DNA from: Eledone cirrhosa | Taxonomy: Eukaryota | Direction of reading: 5' to 3' | Length of the DNA stretch: 64,000 bases | NCBI GenBank assembly: GCA_964016885.1 | Contig: OZ024741.1 | Span: 393,204,001-393,268,000, forward strand | In this document: positions 1 to 12,960 of the stretch, one piece after another | How the letters are laid out: every line of letters starts with the position of its first letter | How positions within the stretch are numbered: the stretch's first letter is position 1 | Translations under genes and position numbers: made by a program | The notes under the pieces: model-generated | Told to the model about the DNA's origin: nothing | The model's database searches: none | What the model saw: the letters and a program-made list of their open reading frames with translations, nothing else

Positions 1-18
1 TGGAGTGTAATAATTTTG

Positions 19-144
19 CTGGCAGGGGACCCAAGGGTAGACCCCGGGCAAGATGATTGCTTCTGACAGGACCTACTGGAAGGCGCGCTTACAGACTCTG
101 TCCCCATGACTCTCCCGGGAATAAGTTGGCAAAGAAGAAGAAAG
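19..144 (+). mobile_element. 3' remnant of Expander-like RTE LINE with (GAA)n tail
   Basis: Matches the 3' end of the copy at 11820-12017 (GGTAGACCCC..GCAAGATG, TTGCTTCTGACAGGACC, ACTCTGTCCCC, GAATAAGT.GGCAAAGAAGAA), with an internal deletion. Confidence 0.75.
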
Positions 145-3080
145 CTCTAACTCAACACAGGTTTAAACTACATCATAAAAGAAAGACAAAGCCATGCGAG
201 CTTCTAAAAGAATTCTGAGGGAGCAAAGACAAAGCGACATTGTTTTTTTGTAGCCTTGAACAACCAACAATGAAAACTGAAAATAATTTTATTCATAACA
301 TCTTATTTCCTTTAATCATTTTTAATTTCTAAATAGGTAGTGTAATAATTTTGAAAAAAAAAACATCTAATTTAACATAGGTTTAAATTACATCATAAAA
401 GAAAAACAGCATCCTGCAAGCTTGGACACTATACAGGAGAAAAGGAGTCCTTTCGTGGAATGATAAGCTTAGGGACAACAGTATTGTCGTCTTGTACAAA
501 ATGTTTTTTTTTTTTAAAGTTTAAAATTAAAAATAAGTATGTAAACCTAATAATGTATAAAAAGGAATTAAGAATGCCAAAGAAAACTTTTTAAGACAAA
601 ATACTAGATACTCCATGTTTGATGAGTAAATTCTTGCTCCCCTTTGTATTATGAAAGAGAGCCTAAAATCCATACAGAAAATATCCTTGGTATCCATTCT
701 GACAAAATCAGGTTTCATGGAGACAATTTTACTTCACAAGACCTGCAAGGAAACTCAGAACATCAATATGAAGCAAATCAATGCAATAGTTGAGGCATGC
801 CTTACCAGTTGCATGAACTGCATATGCATGCACTCTATGTAGCTTTCTTGCAAGATCTAGTGCTAGACTAGCATTATGCATGCTTCCCCATGATCAAGAG
901 GTGGTAAATTCATCAGAGATGAATTAATACAAAATAAGGATTAACAAAATTAAAAATCATTAAAAAAACAGAAGCCACTCTCATAAAGCATATGTGAATC
1001 CTAACTACAGAAAAGGAGCCGTAATTCAGGATCAATTTAGGGAATTAATTCACACACACATATTGAAAACATGATTGCTCAAGTTTTACCATATATCTAT
1101 TGTCAGCCTTAGAGAAAGTACTGTACATCAGACATACAAGAGACCATAACAGCACATTACACTACAGTACACAAACAAATTCTTAATTAACAGCACTATA
1201 CAACCCTGTGAAAATTAAAACATTTTCTCTATGGCTATGAACTGTTTCTTTTCAATATCATGGTAACAGATTAGGAAAAATCTGACGAAACCATAAAACG
1301 GTTCAAAACTGTGAAATCAGTTCAATACTCAAGCTGTACTGCCATGTATTTGGCCCATACTCCCTAACTTTTATTCCACAGCATGACTATATATGTTCTA
1401 AATAATAAAATATACCCCTGTAAAGTAAATAACAAATATATATATATAGAGAGAGAGAGAGAGGAGGGGGAGAACAGTACTTTAGAAAGCCAGGGCAATG
1501 CAGATTAAATATAAATAGGAAAAAGATTAAACTTTTACCTTAAAATATTTAATAATCTTGATATATCAGTGTGTATATGTGTGAATATATAGGGAGAAAT
1601 AGTTTGTTACATGTGTATATATGTAGTTAACTAAACTATTAAACCGATCCCAGTGTTTCAAGAAGGTATCTGTGTGGGTATCAGCAGTCATTGCTGAATG
1701 GAATGAAAGTGGTGGTGTCCGTGTATATGGCCATATATATCACATGTGACATCAGCAGGACAAACTCATTGAACCTTACTGATCTATACATATTTTACAG
1801 GCCCTCACCTATGCATAAAAACTACAATGAACAGGGATAAATTTCATCCTAAATGAAATTATCTCACTCCAAAGTAATTGCATTAAAAGGAAACATTCAT
1901 TGAATGTGATGGTGTATTTAATCCAAACTACAGGAATTATAAGCAAATAACAATTAACTTTGTAGTTGAAGATGAACCTGTTGCTAGCTGATATAACAGT
2001 AAAGACACAAAAAAAGGAAGATTATTAACTAATTAGGAACTTTTACTAAAAGTGCAAGAACAAAATAACTAAGTCATTCAGAAAAAGAAAAGCTGTAACA
2101 CTTGAGAATAATTCTATGCCAATATATTCAAACTAATATTCTTTTGTTGGTTGTTATAGAGACAACATATTGACTGCTGTACTCTCTGGCCTTCTTTAGC
2201 TGCCTGTCATATTAAGTAACACTTACAGAACATTGAACTAAATACAACATGCACCTGAAGAGGGCCAGAAGACACAACGACAAAAATGTTGTGACTGAAA
2301 ATTGATAATGATAATTCCTTACCTTAGAAATTTAGACAAAAAAATTGAGAATAAATTAATAAAGGCCAAACAAGAGCTAAAAGCTACCAGTAAAAGAAAT
2401 GATGAGAAAATAATCAATAGTAGATTGAGTTTATTACAAAAATAATTTACCAACATGCATCTATACATGAAACAGCCTATTTTCTACACTCTGTAAATGT
2501 AAAATTTATCCACTACTATTATAATTACTCAAATCACTCATTTTCTCCAATGGAGAACTCAAACACAGTACACCTAATATTTAGATATAAAAAAAAATTT
2601 GAACAGCTCACATCATTCAAATGTTAGTCATAATCTTTAGTATTCTAGACTGCAATCATATTGGTAAACCAAGTTTTACTAATTTTTTCAACCTTAAATT
2701 CATTGATGATCTATTTTTCTTTGCCTCTCCAATTTTCACTTCAAGATGTTTTTCAAAGCTTTACAAACATACCCCATCCCTATTTAAACACCAATTACAT
2801 GTTTCCTTTATACAAGCACTGTTTTTTCTCAGTAAATTTAGTATCTAGTGTATGAAGACACTGCAGCCCTATGGAACCTTAACTCTAACCAAACATTCTT
2901 ACAATATACTACCTCAACCTCCATTGTTTCATACTTCATATTAATTGCACCAATCTCACCAAAATACTCTATGAGGCATGCCATTTCCCTTTTGATAACT
3001 GAAAATTATTTGATTTTTTTTTTTTAACATATGACTAATCTTTAAAAAATGATATGAAATAAATTGGAGCAATGAGTGTG

Positions 3081-3262
3081 TAAAACTTTTCTTGAAATTG
3101 TAGGAATCTCAAATGCAGGAATAACTATAAAACAGCTAGATGAATAGCAAAGGGTCAGGTTAAAAAGAGGTTATAGTTTCGACCCTTTGCTATTCATAAT
3201 ATCTGGCTGTTTTACAGCTATTTCCATGTTTGAGATTCCTACAATCTTAAAAAAATGTTTTA
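3081..3262. repeat. Inverted repeat, ~78-bp arms with 24-bp spacer, with piggyBac-like CCCTTTG ends facing the centre
   Basis: 3081-3156 (ATTGTAGGAATCTCAAA..AAAACAGCTAGATGAATAGCAAAGGGTC) is the reverse complement of 3181-3262. Confidence 0.8.
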
Positions 3263-4141
3263 TTGAGGGAGTTTTTTTGTTTTTTTTTTGCAATCAAGTA
3301 TTGAAACTAAGTACAATACTGAATGAACCTTTCACAGGGCTTACATTATAATATTCCAAACTAATTCGGTAAATTTTCTAAGATAAAAAAAGGAAATAGA
3401 AATGAAATGTATTTCTAAGAAGTTACAGAGTATCAAAAAGCAAAAACAGTGGGCAGCTATAGCAATTGTGAATGTTAGCATTTTCAAATTTTAAATAACG
3501 AGAAAAGTTTAAAAGAAATATAATTTTTTTAAACCCATTAAAAAAAAATTGATACTTTGGAATAAAACTTCACATCTGGTAATATCAAGCTGTCAACAGT
3601 AGGGGTCATCTAAATAAAATGAAAAAGAAAACAACAAGGAAAAAAAAAATTTTAATAAAAGTTTAATGAATAGATAAAATAATAATACTTGATAGAAATA
3701 ATACTATACATCACAGTACACTCTACATACAATAAAAGTAATCGTTTTCACAAAACCACCAATAAAATAAAATATTAACTGTTGTTTTAAACTAAATTTA
3801 GTTTCTGTGTTGGACTCACAATGTCCTAACTACATTAGGTGTCAAGAAATTCTACCTCAATTTTATTGCAATCAAAATCAAAGCCTTACTGAATGTATTC
3901 AAAAGAAATTGAATGCAATGTGCTTTCATTTCAACACTTGAGCTTCACATAATTAAACAGTGATTCACACTTTGATTATGTAAAATGAAAAATAAATATA
4001 TCCTGTTCAATGTGCTTGATCTAAGGTTTATTTTCCATGGTCAAATTAGTTACCATGTATAGATTTACATAAGCAGAGCTAACTAAATCTACCTATTTAT
4101 TAAACATAAAAAATGCAGAGTCATTAGAAAAACAACAAAAT

Positions 4142-4360
4142 TTAGCTCTTTTAATACCAAACTGCCTGAAACCAACCCTGGTTTTACGATACAAAACTGT
4201 TTCTTGTAAAATGTGTATATCTATCTAAAAACCTTCCATCATAATTCTGTGTAAAAAAACTGTTATGCTATGTTCCAAATTCCAGATTGATGATAGTCAA
4301 AATTATTTGAAAATCATAGGCAGTATCTTTCATTAGAAATATACTAAACAAAATGGTTAA
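4142..4360. mobile_element. Old non-autonomous piggyBac-like MITE
   Basis: Ends in GGTTAA and shares ATCTAAAAACCTTCC.TCATAATT and CAAAATTATTTGAAAATCA with the MITE at ~20600-21243, which ends AAAGGGTTAA. Confidence 0.45.
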
Positions 4361-4992
4361 TAAACATCCCAACAGTACAAAGTAAAATATATGTACAATT
4401 CTTAATACTGACAAAACAATACTCAGATATATGGTGATGGGTCTAATGAAATGAAACAGTTGCTCTTATACAACGATGATGATGATGATGACAATGATGA
4501 TTCTCACATTGACACAAAGCCACAAATTTATAAGGACTGTCAATTGAATCAACATTATAGTACATGTTTGAAATATATTTTATCAATCCTGAACAAATTT
4601 GGACTCAGAACATACACAGGTGAAACTAAATACCATAAAGTACCAATCAATGCCTTAATGATGATTATGGTGGTGATGATGAGCATGAATAGAATGAGTT
4701 GGAGGAGGAGGAAAGGAAAAAGGAGTATGGGCAGTGAAGGAATCTTCATGGACAAGACTGTTGAAAATAACAAACACATCAGAATAATCATAGGACATCA
4801 TAACAACAGAAGTAACCCACACACCATGGAAAAAAATGTGAGCAGCAAGGATATAAAATCCAAACTGGAGGTTAGAATATTTAACAAGGACACATAGGTA
4901 CTAACAGGGACATTTATTGAGACATTGATGGAGCTGAAGGCAACACCTGACTGGCTCACAAAAGGGGAATAACCATCTTAATTCATAAGACT

Positions 4993-5251
4993 TTTTTTTT
5001 CTAAATCGACTGACAAGATCCTAGATCTCATTTGTTTACCAAGTGGGGTGGAACTCATCAAATCAGACTGAGGAAACTATGTTTCCATTTGTCTTTCCAT
5101 TGCAGATACTATCTATCAGTTGCAACTCCTGGCAAAAAGAGCAATAAGAAATAAAGTGTCTTGTTCAAGGACATAACACATTGCCCGATATAGGAATTGA
5201 ACTCACAACCTCATGATTGCAAATCCAATTCTGTAACCACTGCCATGTGCC
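4993..5251 (-). mobile_element. tRNA-derived SINE inserted in the R4 element, with 11-bp TSD
   Basis: Minus strand has A-box-like TGGCAGTGGTT, B-box GAGTTCAATTCC and core TGTCCTTGAACAAGACACTTTATTTC. TTCATAAGACT is duplicated at 4982-4992 and 5252-5262. Confidence 0.8.
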
Positions 5252-5964
5252 TTCATAAGACTACAAACCAATAACCTGCCTTCTACAACTACAAAAGCCA
5301 TAACTGCAATAATAGCACAGAGAGTAAATAAACACAGAGGGAAAAAAACTGATTACAAAAGAGCAGAAGGGATACTGCAAAGGCTCATATGCCATAACTA
5401 AAGACTACAGAAATAGAAAGAAGGGTCTGAGCAAAGTATGGACTAACTACCAGTATACTTCTTGACAGTATTCCTACCACCTGGATCCTGAAACATTAAG
5501 CATGAGTAAGGTAGTACTGACAATAAAATGATAGATGAAACTATAAAAACTAAACCCATCTCAATTAGAAGGGATTCCTTCTTTCCACTCTTTTTATGTT
5601 AAGAGTCAACATCTTTAAATATTTAGGACTCAATGAACTGGACATACAAATTAAAGATAAAATAGCAAGAAATGTCACTACATAACCAATACCCAGAAAA
5701 AAATTAACGCCGAAAGTAGAGAAGGAAAATTTGTAACACTGGTTGAGAAGTGCATGAGACAACACTGAAATTATGAGATTCTTAATTGTGGCACAAGATC
5801 AAGGCCTCTTCACCAGAAACTATGAAAAGCATATAATTGAGTAAATGCAGAATATGAGCATATAGTCACATTGTCTCTGGATGCCAAGAAATAATACATC
5901 CATAGGCATGACAAAGTTGGGATTTACATACACTGCATAGATATTTGTAGTGGCTCAACGTAAA

Positions 5965-6265
5965 ATAGAGTGAATCATGCTTGGCCTCACCTGACGTGAC
6001 AGGAAGAGCAAGACTTGAATTCAACAGCAGACTGGAGTGAAGGGCATTATCAATACCATCAAGAAGAGCAAACATATATGGGCTGGCCATGTCTCTCATC
6101 TCAGGGACAACAGGCAGACTATTAAAGTTACAGAGGGTGGCCAAAGACAAGATGGCACAACAATCTGACCTGATACTTTGGTCCCACATGGCTCAGTATG
6201 GCCAGAGATAGGAAGCAGTGGAGATCAACCAAGGAGGGGTTTCTCTAACTGGAGTGAGAAGGCTC
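5965..6265 (+). mobile_element. RTE LINE C-terminal fragment nested in R4
   Basis: Translates to QQTGVKGIINTIKKSKHIWAGHVSHLRDNRQTIKVTE and MARDRKQWRS, the RTE C-terminal WAGHV and ARDR..W motifs. Confidence 0.7.
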
Positions 6266-7919
6266 TGGATTTGGAGGTTATGTGATTATTAAATAGCAAC
6301 CGAAAGGAGATGATATAGACATAAACCAGAAAAGATCTCAGACAGTGATATAGCAACCAATACACACAGACAGAAAGATCAAGGCTAGTCAACTAGCTTA
6401 CTGTTGTCAAGTACCATTAGGAAAAGAAAAACCTCCTAATTGATGTATCAGTCCCAACAACTGATGATAGCTCGCTCTCAAAAAAATTAAGAAATTATAT
6501 AAATATAAAGATCATGAAATAGAAATAACTCAATCTCTATAATAATAGGTGCTTTGGGAATGATAAAAAAAAATATGCAGACAAAAACATAACAAAAAAC
6601 CCTAGGGCATATAAATATGTACAGAAAATAGCAACACTAGGTACTACATATATATTACATAGAATATTATAGAAACACTAAAACCAAAACAAAATACTGC
6701 TCATACCCAAAGCACACTAAGTTGTGCTTGGTAATGCAGTGAAAGTATGCAATAAAACTAAGACTATTAAATGATGCTGATAATGACGATTTCTTGTAAA
6801 GTATCTTCATAGTTGTCATACGCACAATAAGTGAGGGCATATTACAAAGACAAATAACAAAAGCAGTGGGAGTTTACACAGAATCAATTGTGAAGAAAAT
6901 AGACGTGGAAAACGCAATTATATAAAAATAAAATGTCTTAATAAGAGGATATCCACTAAGGGACTAATCAAGAAACCCCACAGATCCACGATTATCTAAA
7001 TTAACAAAGACAAGTGCCTTCTTCCAGCTGTGTTAACCTGCCAACAGGTACATGCCTATTTATCCAGGCTATTCTTGTCACTGTCATCCACATTTCAGCA
7101 AAATCACTGAAGGGGGGGAAAGTGTTTCTCTTCAGACTTTTGAATTTTGTCAACCAGACAATCTCTTTCTCAATGGCCCCCTAACAGAAACAAACTGTCT
7201 AACTTTTTTCAGCTAAAGAAAGGGAGCAAAGTTTTCCTCACAATGGACTCAGCTGACAGCCAAATCCATCCTACACATGACTACAGCTGTTTGATATAAT
7301 TTTACAAGTCAACATGTAGAATGGTTTCATTACCCTGTACTCATCTCAAACATGACCAACTGGTGGCACCACCATACCTGTAAAGTTTATCATGCACCAG
7401 ATATGATCCCAGTAGTACTGGCCAGCCAGAGATTTCTGAAAGTATTCCGGAGTCCTCATACTGAAAAAACTCAGTTGATCTTCATTAGCACCCATAATCT
7501 ACCAGAGAAGGTTATCATTATTGCCCACCTCTAGCCCTCTATAGAATGCAAGGATTGATGTATCACCAGCCACATTGCCAGATTGTGAACAACTAACAAT
7601 ATTCCAGGTAGCCAATCTTAGTCTCTGCTTGACCCAAGACAGCAGCTCTACTAAATGTGTCTAACAAACAACAAACACAGCTTTCCATTTTGATGATGCT
7701 TTCTAGCTTTGGCAGAAGGCTACAAATAATTTTGGGAAGAAAGATATAGTCAATTGAATGAATCTTGATAAAGACTTCATTGGGCACAAAGCAAAGTGAT
7801 GAATAGCTAAGTAAACTCTAGTATGATTTGAATTCAGGATGTAAATATATACTAAAATCCATTTTGTTCTTAGTTTTGTCAACTCTGTTATCAACAGCTA
7901 ACCTTAAAGACTATAATAA

Positions 7920-8602
7920 TCTTAACTATAATAAAGAAAGGAGTGCGGGATTGCGTCCAGAATATATTTTTTTACCCCGTTTGTAAAATAAGTTGGATTA
8001 CTTTGAATAAATAATTGTTTCTACTTTTGGCACAAGGCCAGCAATTACCCAGTACATTACTGGTACTTTATTTTATCGACCCCGTAAGGATGAAAGGCAA
8101 AGTTAACCTCGGCGGGATTTGAACTCAGACCACAAAGGGTCGTAACTCTATGCTGCAAAGCATGGCGTCCGACCCTCTACCGATACTGTCAATCTACAAA
8201 TAATGAATGAATATTACATAATTTATGTGCTAAATTTCGTGGCTGTTGATTAAATATATTTTATAGCTTATTTAAAGACCTTTAAAATTCACTTCTTTAA
8301 AATTTTCAAATGTCAACACTTCCGGTTAGTGGCCGTTATATTATAACACTTATAAAAATATCGCATATATTTCCGTCGCTAATTTTCTCCTATTTATAAT
8401 GTCGTCTTTTTTTAAATGTATCGTGGATTACATTACTGATTACATAAGACAGTGACATAGACTTCATTCAATTTCTGTGTATATTGTCAATTACGATTTT
8501 ATTTGATGTATCATATCTACATGCATATATATTTGTGTATAATATCATATACACACTACACATGCTAGCTGAAAACCACCGGTAGGGTGGTTTTTCTGCT
8601 AG
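7920..8602 (+). mobile_element. Non-autonomous Helitron containing a SINE
   Basis: 5' A|TCTTAACTATAATAAAG. 3' hairpin AAAACCACC-GGTAG-GGTGGTTTT followed by CTAG|T at 8599-8603. No TSD. Confidence 0.7.
8012..8197 (-). mobile_element. tRNA-derived SINE with Nin/Deu-type core
   Basis: Minus strand has B-box GAGTTCAAATCCC, core GCCTTTCATCCTTACGGGGTCGATAAAATAAAGTACCAG and tail GGCCTTGTGCCAAAAGTAGAAACAATT. Closely matches 10382-10566. Confidence 0.9.
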
Positions 8603-8739
8603 TAGTAATAATAAAGAGGAGGAGCTGAGTGAGGGTGGAGTAAGTGGTGAAAGAAAGGGTCTTAAGAATGAAAAGATAAAATTCTGATTGAAAAAGCTAA
8701 AAGACTACATAAGAATAAAAGGCAGTTTGAGTATGAGGT

Positions 8740-9150
8740 GGATTTTTACTGGAATGCATTTAATACTGTGGCCTAATGGTTCATTAGAAAAATCAAACAT
8801 GAGCAGAATAGCACCAGTAATAAGTAGGTACACCACATTTGCTATGAGTAGATAAGAGACAATTGCACAGATTTACACTATGATGGAATTATAAAAAAAG
8901 GAGACCAACCCCTATTAGAAGAATACTCTGAGTACTCTCTCTCCTGTCAAGCATTAATTATTGCCCTTAAACAAAATGATGGTCACAAACTGTATACAAG
9001 GGATAACAACTGGAAGCACTGTTGTTGATGGTGCATTGACATGAAAATAGGTCTAGAGTAATGTGCCAGCACCAACTTGAAGAGGGGGAAACTCATTAAA
9101 AATATAACAAAAGATAGATAATTACATCTTCTTAGATAAAGAAACAAGGA
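8740..9150 (+). mobile_element. Highly decayed R4-like RT fragment
   Basis: MKIGLE.CA and LKRGKL-like residues are visible. The remainder is heavily degraded. Confidence 0.35.
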
Positions 9151-9343
9151 TAAGGAAATTAGCCCGAAGACTTTGCTGATCTCCTAAACCCGATTACAAC
9201 AATATCTTCTGATGTACACGAGGTGCATCTGGGAGCAATGACTAATTTCTCAGAAGCTGAGGTCACAAGAGAAATTAAAGAGTTCAAATATGGCATGGCC
9301 GCTGGGGAAGATGAAATCCGGCCTGAAATGTTAAAAGCCTTAA

Positions 9344-10629
9344 CCCTTTAGTGTTCAAACTGCCCAAAATTATTTCCCCTTCATTTGTTCAAACCGCCCG
9401 AAATCGCCCGTTAACACCCACACTAAAAAAATTGTTCTAAAAATATTTAAACCATCATCAAAATCTCGTCAATTCGAGATTACTGCGAGATTAGGCCTTT
9501 ACCGCGAAAATTAACACTTAATATAGTGAAACAAATTAAAACAAGTGTTTTTTTAACTTTGAAAGTACAACAAATTTTTTTTTTTTGTATCAACATGACT
9601 TATGAAAGTAGCGATACCGACTTTGAAGGTTTTACACACGACGACATTCAGAATAAACAAGAAACAAACGATAATATTAGTGATTTATCTCCAAATGAAT
9701 CTGATGTTTATATTTCTGAAATTTCGTCCGATGATGATTGTTTTGAAAGTGAAAATGAAGGAGATCTCCAGGACGCCATTGAAAATATTACAGCAACGTG
9801 GTTGAAAAATACCACACTAATACATGTTCCCGATTTTATTCAAAATACTGGTCCACAACACACATTAGCTCCCGATGCTAAGGCACTGGATTATTTCTTT
9901 TTGTTTTTACTACAAACTTTCTTCGAAGTTGTGGCAGAAAAGATTAATCGATATGCCCAACAACAAATTTCAAATCGAGGAAAACCCGATCTGTTTGGCA
10001 ACCGACAGATGCTGCGGAAATGCAAGCATTTTTTACCGTAAATATTATATTCGGTATAAAATAATTTCCAAGACTGTTGAATTACTGGAACACTGATATA
10101 AGGTTTAGTGATCCTTATATATCAGTATTACGCCGAAAACAACGTATTTAAAATTAAACCAGTATTTGCACCTGGTTGATACTTCAAATGCCCCTATTAA
10201 TTAATTTCACCTGCCCATAAAAGTCAAATTTGACCAAAAGAATCAGGTAAAATTATATAATTTTAAATTATTGATATTTAAACATCTACTGACAAAATTT
10301 CAAGCCTGCATATAGAAAATTAAGAAAATTACAAACAAATAAAATTGATAACCCTCTTGAGTATGATTAACTCAAAATAATTGTTTCTACTTTAGGCACA
10401 AGGCCAGCAATTACCCAGTGCATTACTGGTACTTTATTTTATCGACCCCGTAAGGATGAAAGGCAAAGTCAACCTCGGCGGGATTTGAACTCAGATCGTA
10501 AAGGGACGTAACTATGCTGGAAAGCATGGCGTCCGACCCTCTACCGATACTGCCAATCCACCGCCCTTAACTCAAAATAATGCAAACAGATAAGCATGAC
10601 GTTTGAAAATTAATGCTAATGCTAAAGGG
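9344..10629 (+). mobile_element. Internally deleted piggyBac (PGBD4-like) transposon
   Basis: TTAA TSD at 9340-9343 and 10630-10633. TIRs are CCCTTTAGTGTT and AATGCTAAAGGG. ORF 9595-10041 has an acidic N-terminus and DYFFLF..INRYAQQ, and the next frames give NYW and LNQYLHLVD. Confidence 0.92.
10382..10566 (-). mobile_element. Full-length Nin/Deu-core tRNA SINE with 15-bp TSD inside the piggyBac
   Basis: TTAACTCAAAATAAT occurs at 10367-10381 and 10567-10581. Head GGGCGGTGGATTGGCAGTATCGGTAG, B-box GAGTTCAAATCCC. Confidence 0.93.
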
Positions 10630-12667
10630 TTAAATGGAGAACGTATTCTCTGGCTGACTCGTGTGCCAGGTGGCCTGGATCCCTGGGAAGGCACCTATGC
10701 AATGGCAATCAAGAGTGATAATCCCAATTTTCAAAAAGAGAGTCAAGAGAGATTGCTCCAATTACTCCCTTTTTTAAGCTTCCCTGGTAAAGTCTATGCT
10801 AAGTGCCTGGCAAAGAGATGCAGGGAGATTGTCGAGTCCAAGCTAGCTGTGTCGTTTTCGCCTCAGACGTAGCACAGCTGACCAAATGTTCACATTGTGG
10901 CAGGTATTCAAGAAATAGTGGGAGTATTGCCAAGAAATATATTCTTGTTTTGTCGACCTTGAGAAGACATGAGTGCGTGCCTCGGGAATGCTGTGCAGGA
11001 GTATGGGATTGATGGTCAGCTTCTTGCCATCCAGATGCCTCTATAAGAATGCCCGAATAATTGTGTTCAGATAAATGTTGCTAAATCGAAACCATTCAAT
11101 GTAGGAGTCGGACTCTACCAAGGGTACGTACTGTCACCTCTCCTGTTCATTGTTTACATGAAAAGGATTGACATGCGCAGCTGGGTAGGAAGTGGTATCA
11201 TGACTGGCAGGTGTAAAACCAGTCAGCTGGAATTTGCAGACGACATAGTGTTACTTAACTCGACAGAAGGTGATCTTTGACTTGCACTTAATAGGTTTGA
11301 TGCTGAGTACTGCATGGCTGGAATAAAAATCAGTGCTGCGAAAACCGAGACAGTGCACTATGCATGTGAATGGAGTTCCACTGAAGCAGGTAGAGAAGTC
11401 CAAGTATCTCGGGGCCATGTTTACGAGTGATGGAAGGCAGGAGGCTGAGTTAAGTGCAAGAATTGTAAAAGCTGGTGCAGTAATGTGCCAGCTTCAGCAT
11501 TCAGTAATCAGAAGGGAGGTAGGCATATAAGCCAAACTCACTATCTTCAATTCAGTTTTCCTGCCAACCCTTACCTATGATCATGAATCTTGGGTAATGA
11601 CTGAAATATACGGTCGCGAATACAAGCAGTCAAAATGCGATTCCTCCGAAGGGTCTTTGGAGTAACGTTACTCGATAAAGTGCTTATCTCGGAGATCAGA
11701 GAGTGACTCCAGGCAGAGCCGCTACTTCTCCAAATTGAGAGGTCACAGCTCCGATACTATGGGCATGTGGTTAGAATGTCTAAGGAAAAATCACTGGACA
11801 TATTTTGCAGGCAAAACCAACTGGCAAGAGACCAGTAGGTAGACCCCAAGCAAGATGGTTGGATAACATCCATGAGCTTGGCTGGTCTCCCTTGGGGATC
11901 CAGCCGGATCAGTTGGAGATGGTTGCTTCTGACAGGACCCGCTGGAAGGAGTGTTTGACGACTCTGTCCCCTTGTCCCTCTCAGGAATAAGTAGGCAAAA
12001 GAAGAAAAAGAAGAAGGACCTTTTTTCTGCATATCTTGTACAGTTGATCAACACAAGAACTGAGGTTTTTCTACTCCTTAACAGAACATAGGACAATATA
12101 AAAGACCTCGTAATCTCAGAAATTTGGAAGATGTCAGTTCTCTTTAACAAAGAATGGGCATTGTTATGCACATGGTTCTAAGTGTAATGCCACTGTGCAA
12201 CACTTTGGAGTAGTTTTTTTTTTTTTGTTTTTTTTAATCATAGTTACAGATTGACCAATACTCTTAAAATTTGATAGACAAAAACTGTACAGAAGTCTGT
12301 CATATATATGCATGTGTATATGTGTTTATCTTTCAACAATGTAAGTCAACGAAGGATGTAAACATTGGAAAGGAAAGTAAAAAATTGGTGTTCTTTCAGC
12401 AAAGTCTCTAAATATATTTGTTCTATGCTGAATTATAGACACTCCTTTGTCACTCTCACCATCAGAAAAGTATTGAACCAATGACTGGACCATTGGAAAG
12501 CTATAACCAGTACAGTTCTTATTTACCAATTACAATATAAGTAACTACTCAATATTATCTCATGGCCTATCAAACACACTATCAAAATACAAAGTCTTGA
12601 CAATAAATATAGCCAAGATAGAAGTATTAAAAACAAAAACAACTCCCATAATATCAAATGTGATGGA

Positions 12668-12960
12668 TCATCATCATCATCATCATATTACTCCCACTTC
12701 GGTTGGATGGGTCATTACAGCCTGAGTCACTTTTTGTTTCGAGTTACTACTCTCCGAGAAGGCAGGTCTTGCTCATACATTCTATTTTTGGCATGGCTTC
12801 TACACTAACCACTTTACAAAGTGTAGGGTGCATTTTATCATAACACCAACAGAGTTATGTCCTCAGTCATTTTAAATGGATCTCTGTCTAACTGCTAACC
12901 ACTTTACAAAGTGTGCTGGATCTATTTTATCATGGGGCCAGCACTATTGAGGTTGTATTA
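12668..12960 (-). mobile_element. Old RTE-tail-type non-autonomous element with (ATG)n tail
   Basis: (CAT)n at 12668-12686 and duplicated CTAACCACTTTACAAAGTGT units, as in the RTE 3' UTRs of this window. Confidence 0.6.

Larger units (their letters stand above)
4700..6780 (+). mobile_element. Degenerate R4/Dong-clade non-LTR retrotransposon (RT + CCHC + restriction-like endonuclease)
   Basis: Broken frames give PDWLTKG, YKPITCL, EQKGYCKGSY, FLIVAQDQGLFTRNYEKHI, HIVSGC, HDKVG, PIHTDRKIKA, LIDVSVP, KYKDHEIEI, IIIGALG and QKIATLGT. Interrupted by a SINE and an RTE fragment. Confidence 0.75.
9160..12017 (+). mobile_element. 5'-truncated Expander/REX3-like RTE LINE pseudogene split by a piggyBac
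   Basis: Reads GEDEIRPEMLKAL|NGERILWLTRV across the piggyBac, then SFPGKVYAKCL, FVDL, VGLYQGYVLSPLLF, FADD, VEKSKYLG, YGHV and KRPVGRP..RW, ending in a (GAA)n tail. It has no PHD insert. Confidence 0.9.

Noticed and set aside
806-895. Possible minus-strand exon (MHNASLALDLARKLHRVHAYAVHAT) with GTAAGG donor
   Set aside because: There is an in-frame stop just upstream and no acceptable acceptor, so it is unsupported.
4451-4897. 148-aa ORF with poly-D
   Set aside because: Built from (GAT)n microsatellite and decayed R4 sequence.
6950-7900. Possible LTR-retrotransposon remnant with polypurine tract at ~7109-7124
   Set aside because: No convincing protein motif or LTR pair could be read.
12326-12529. 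67-aa ORF or possible exon
   Set aside because: The candidate splice sites give a stop in the phase required by the upstream exon, and there is no recognisable motif.
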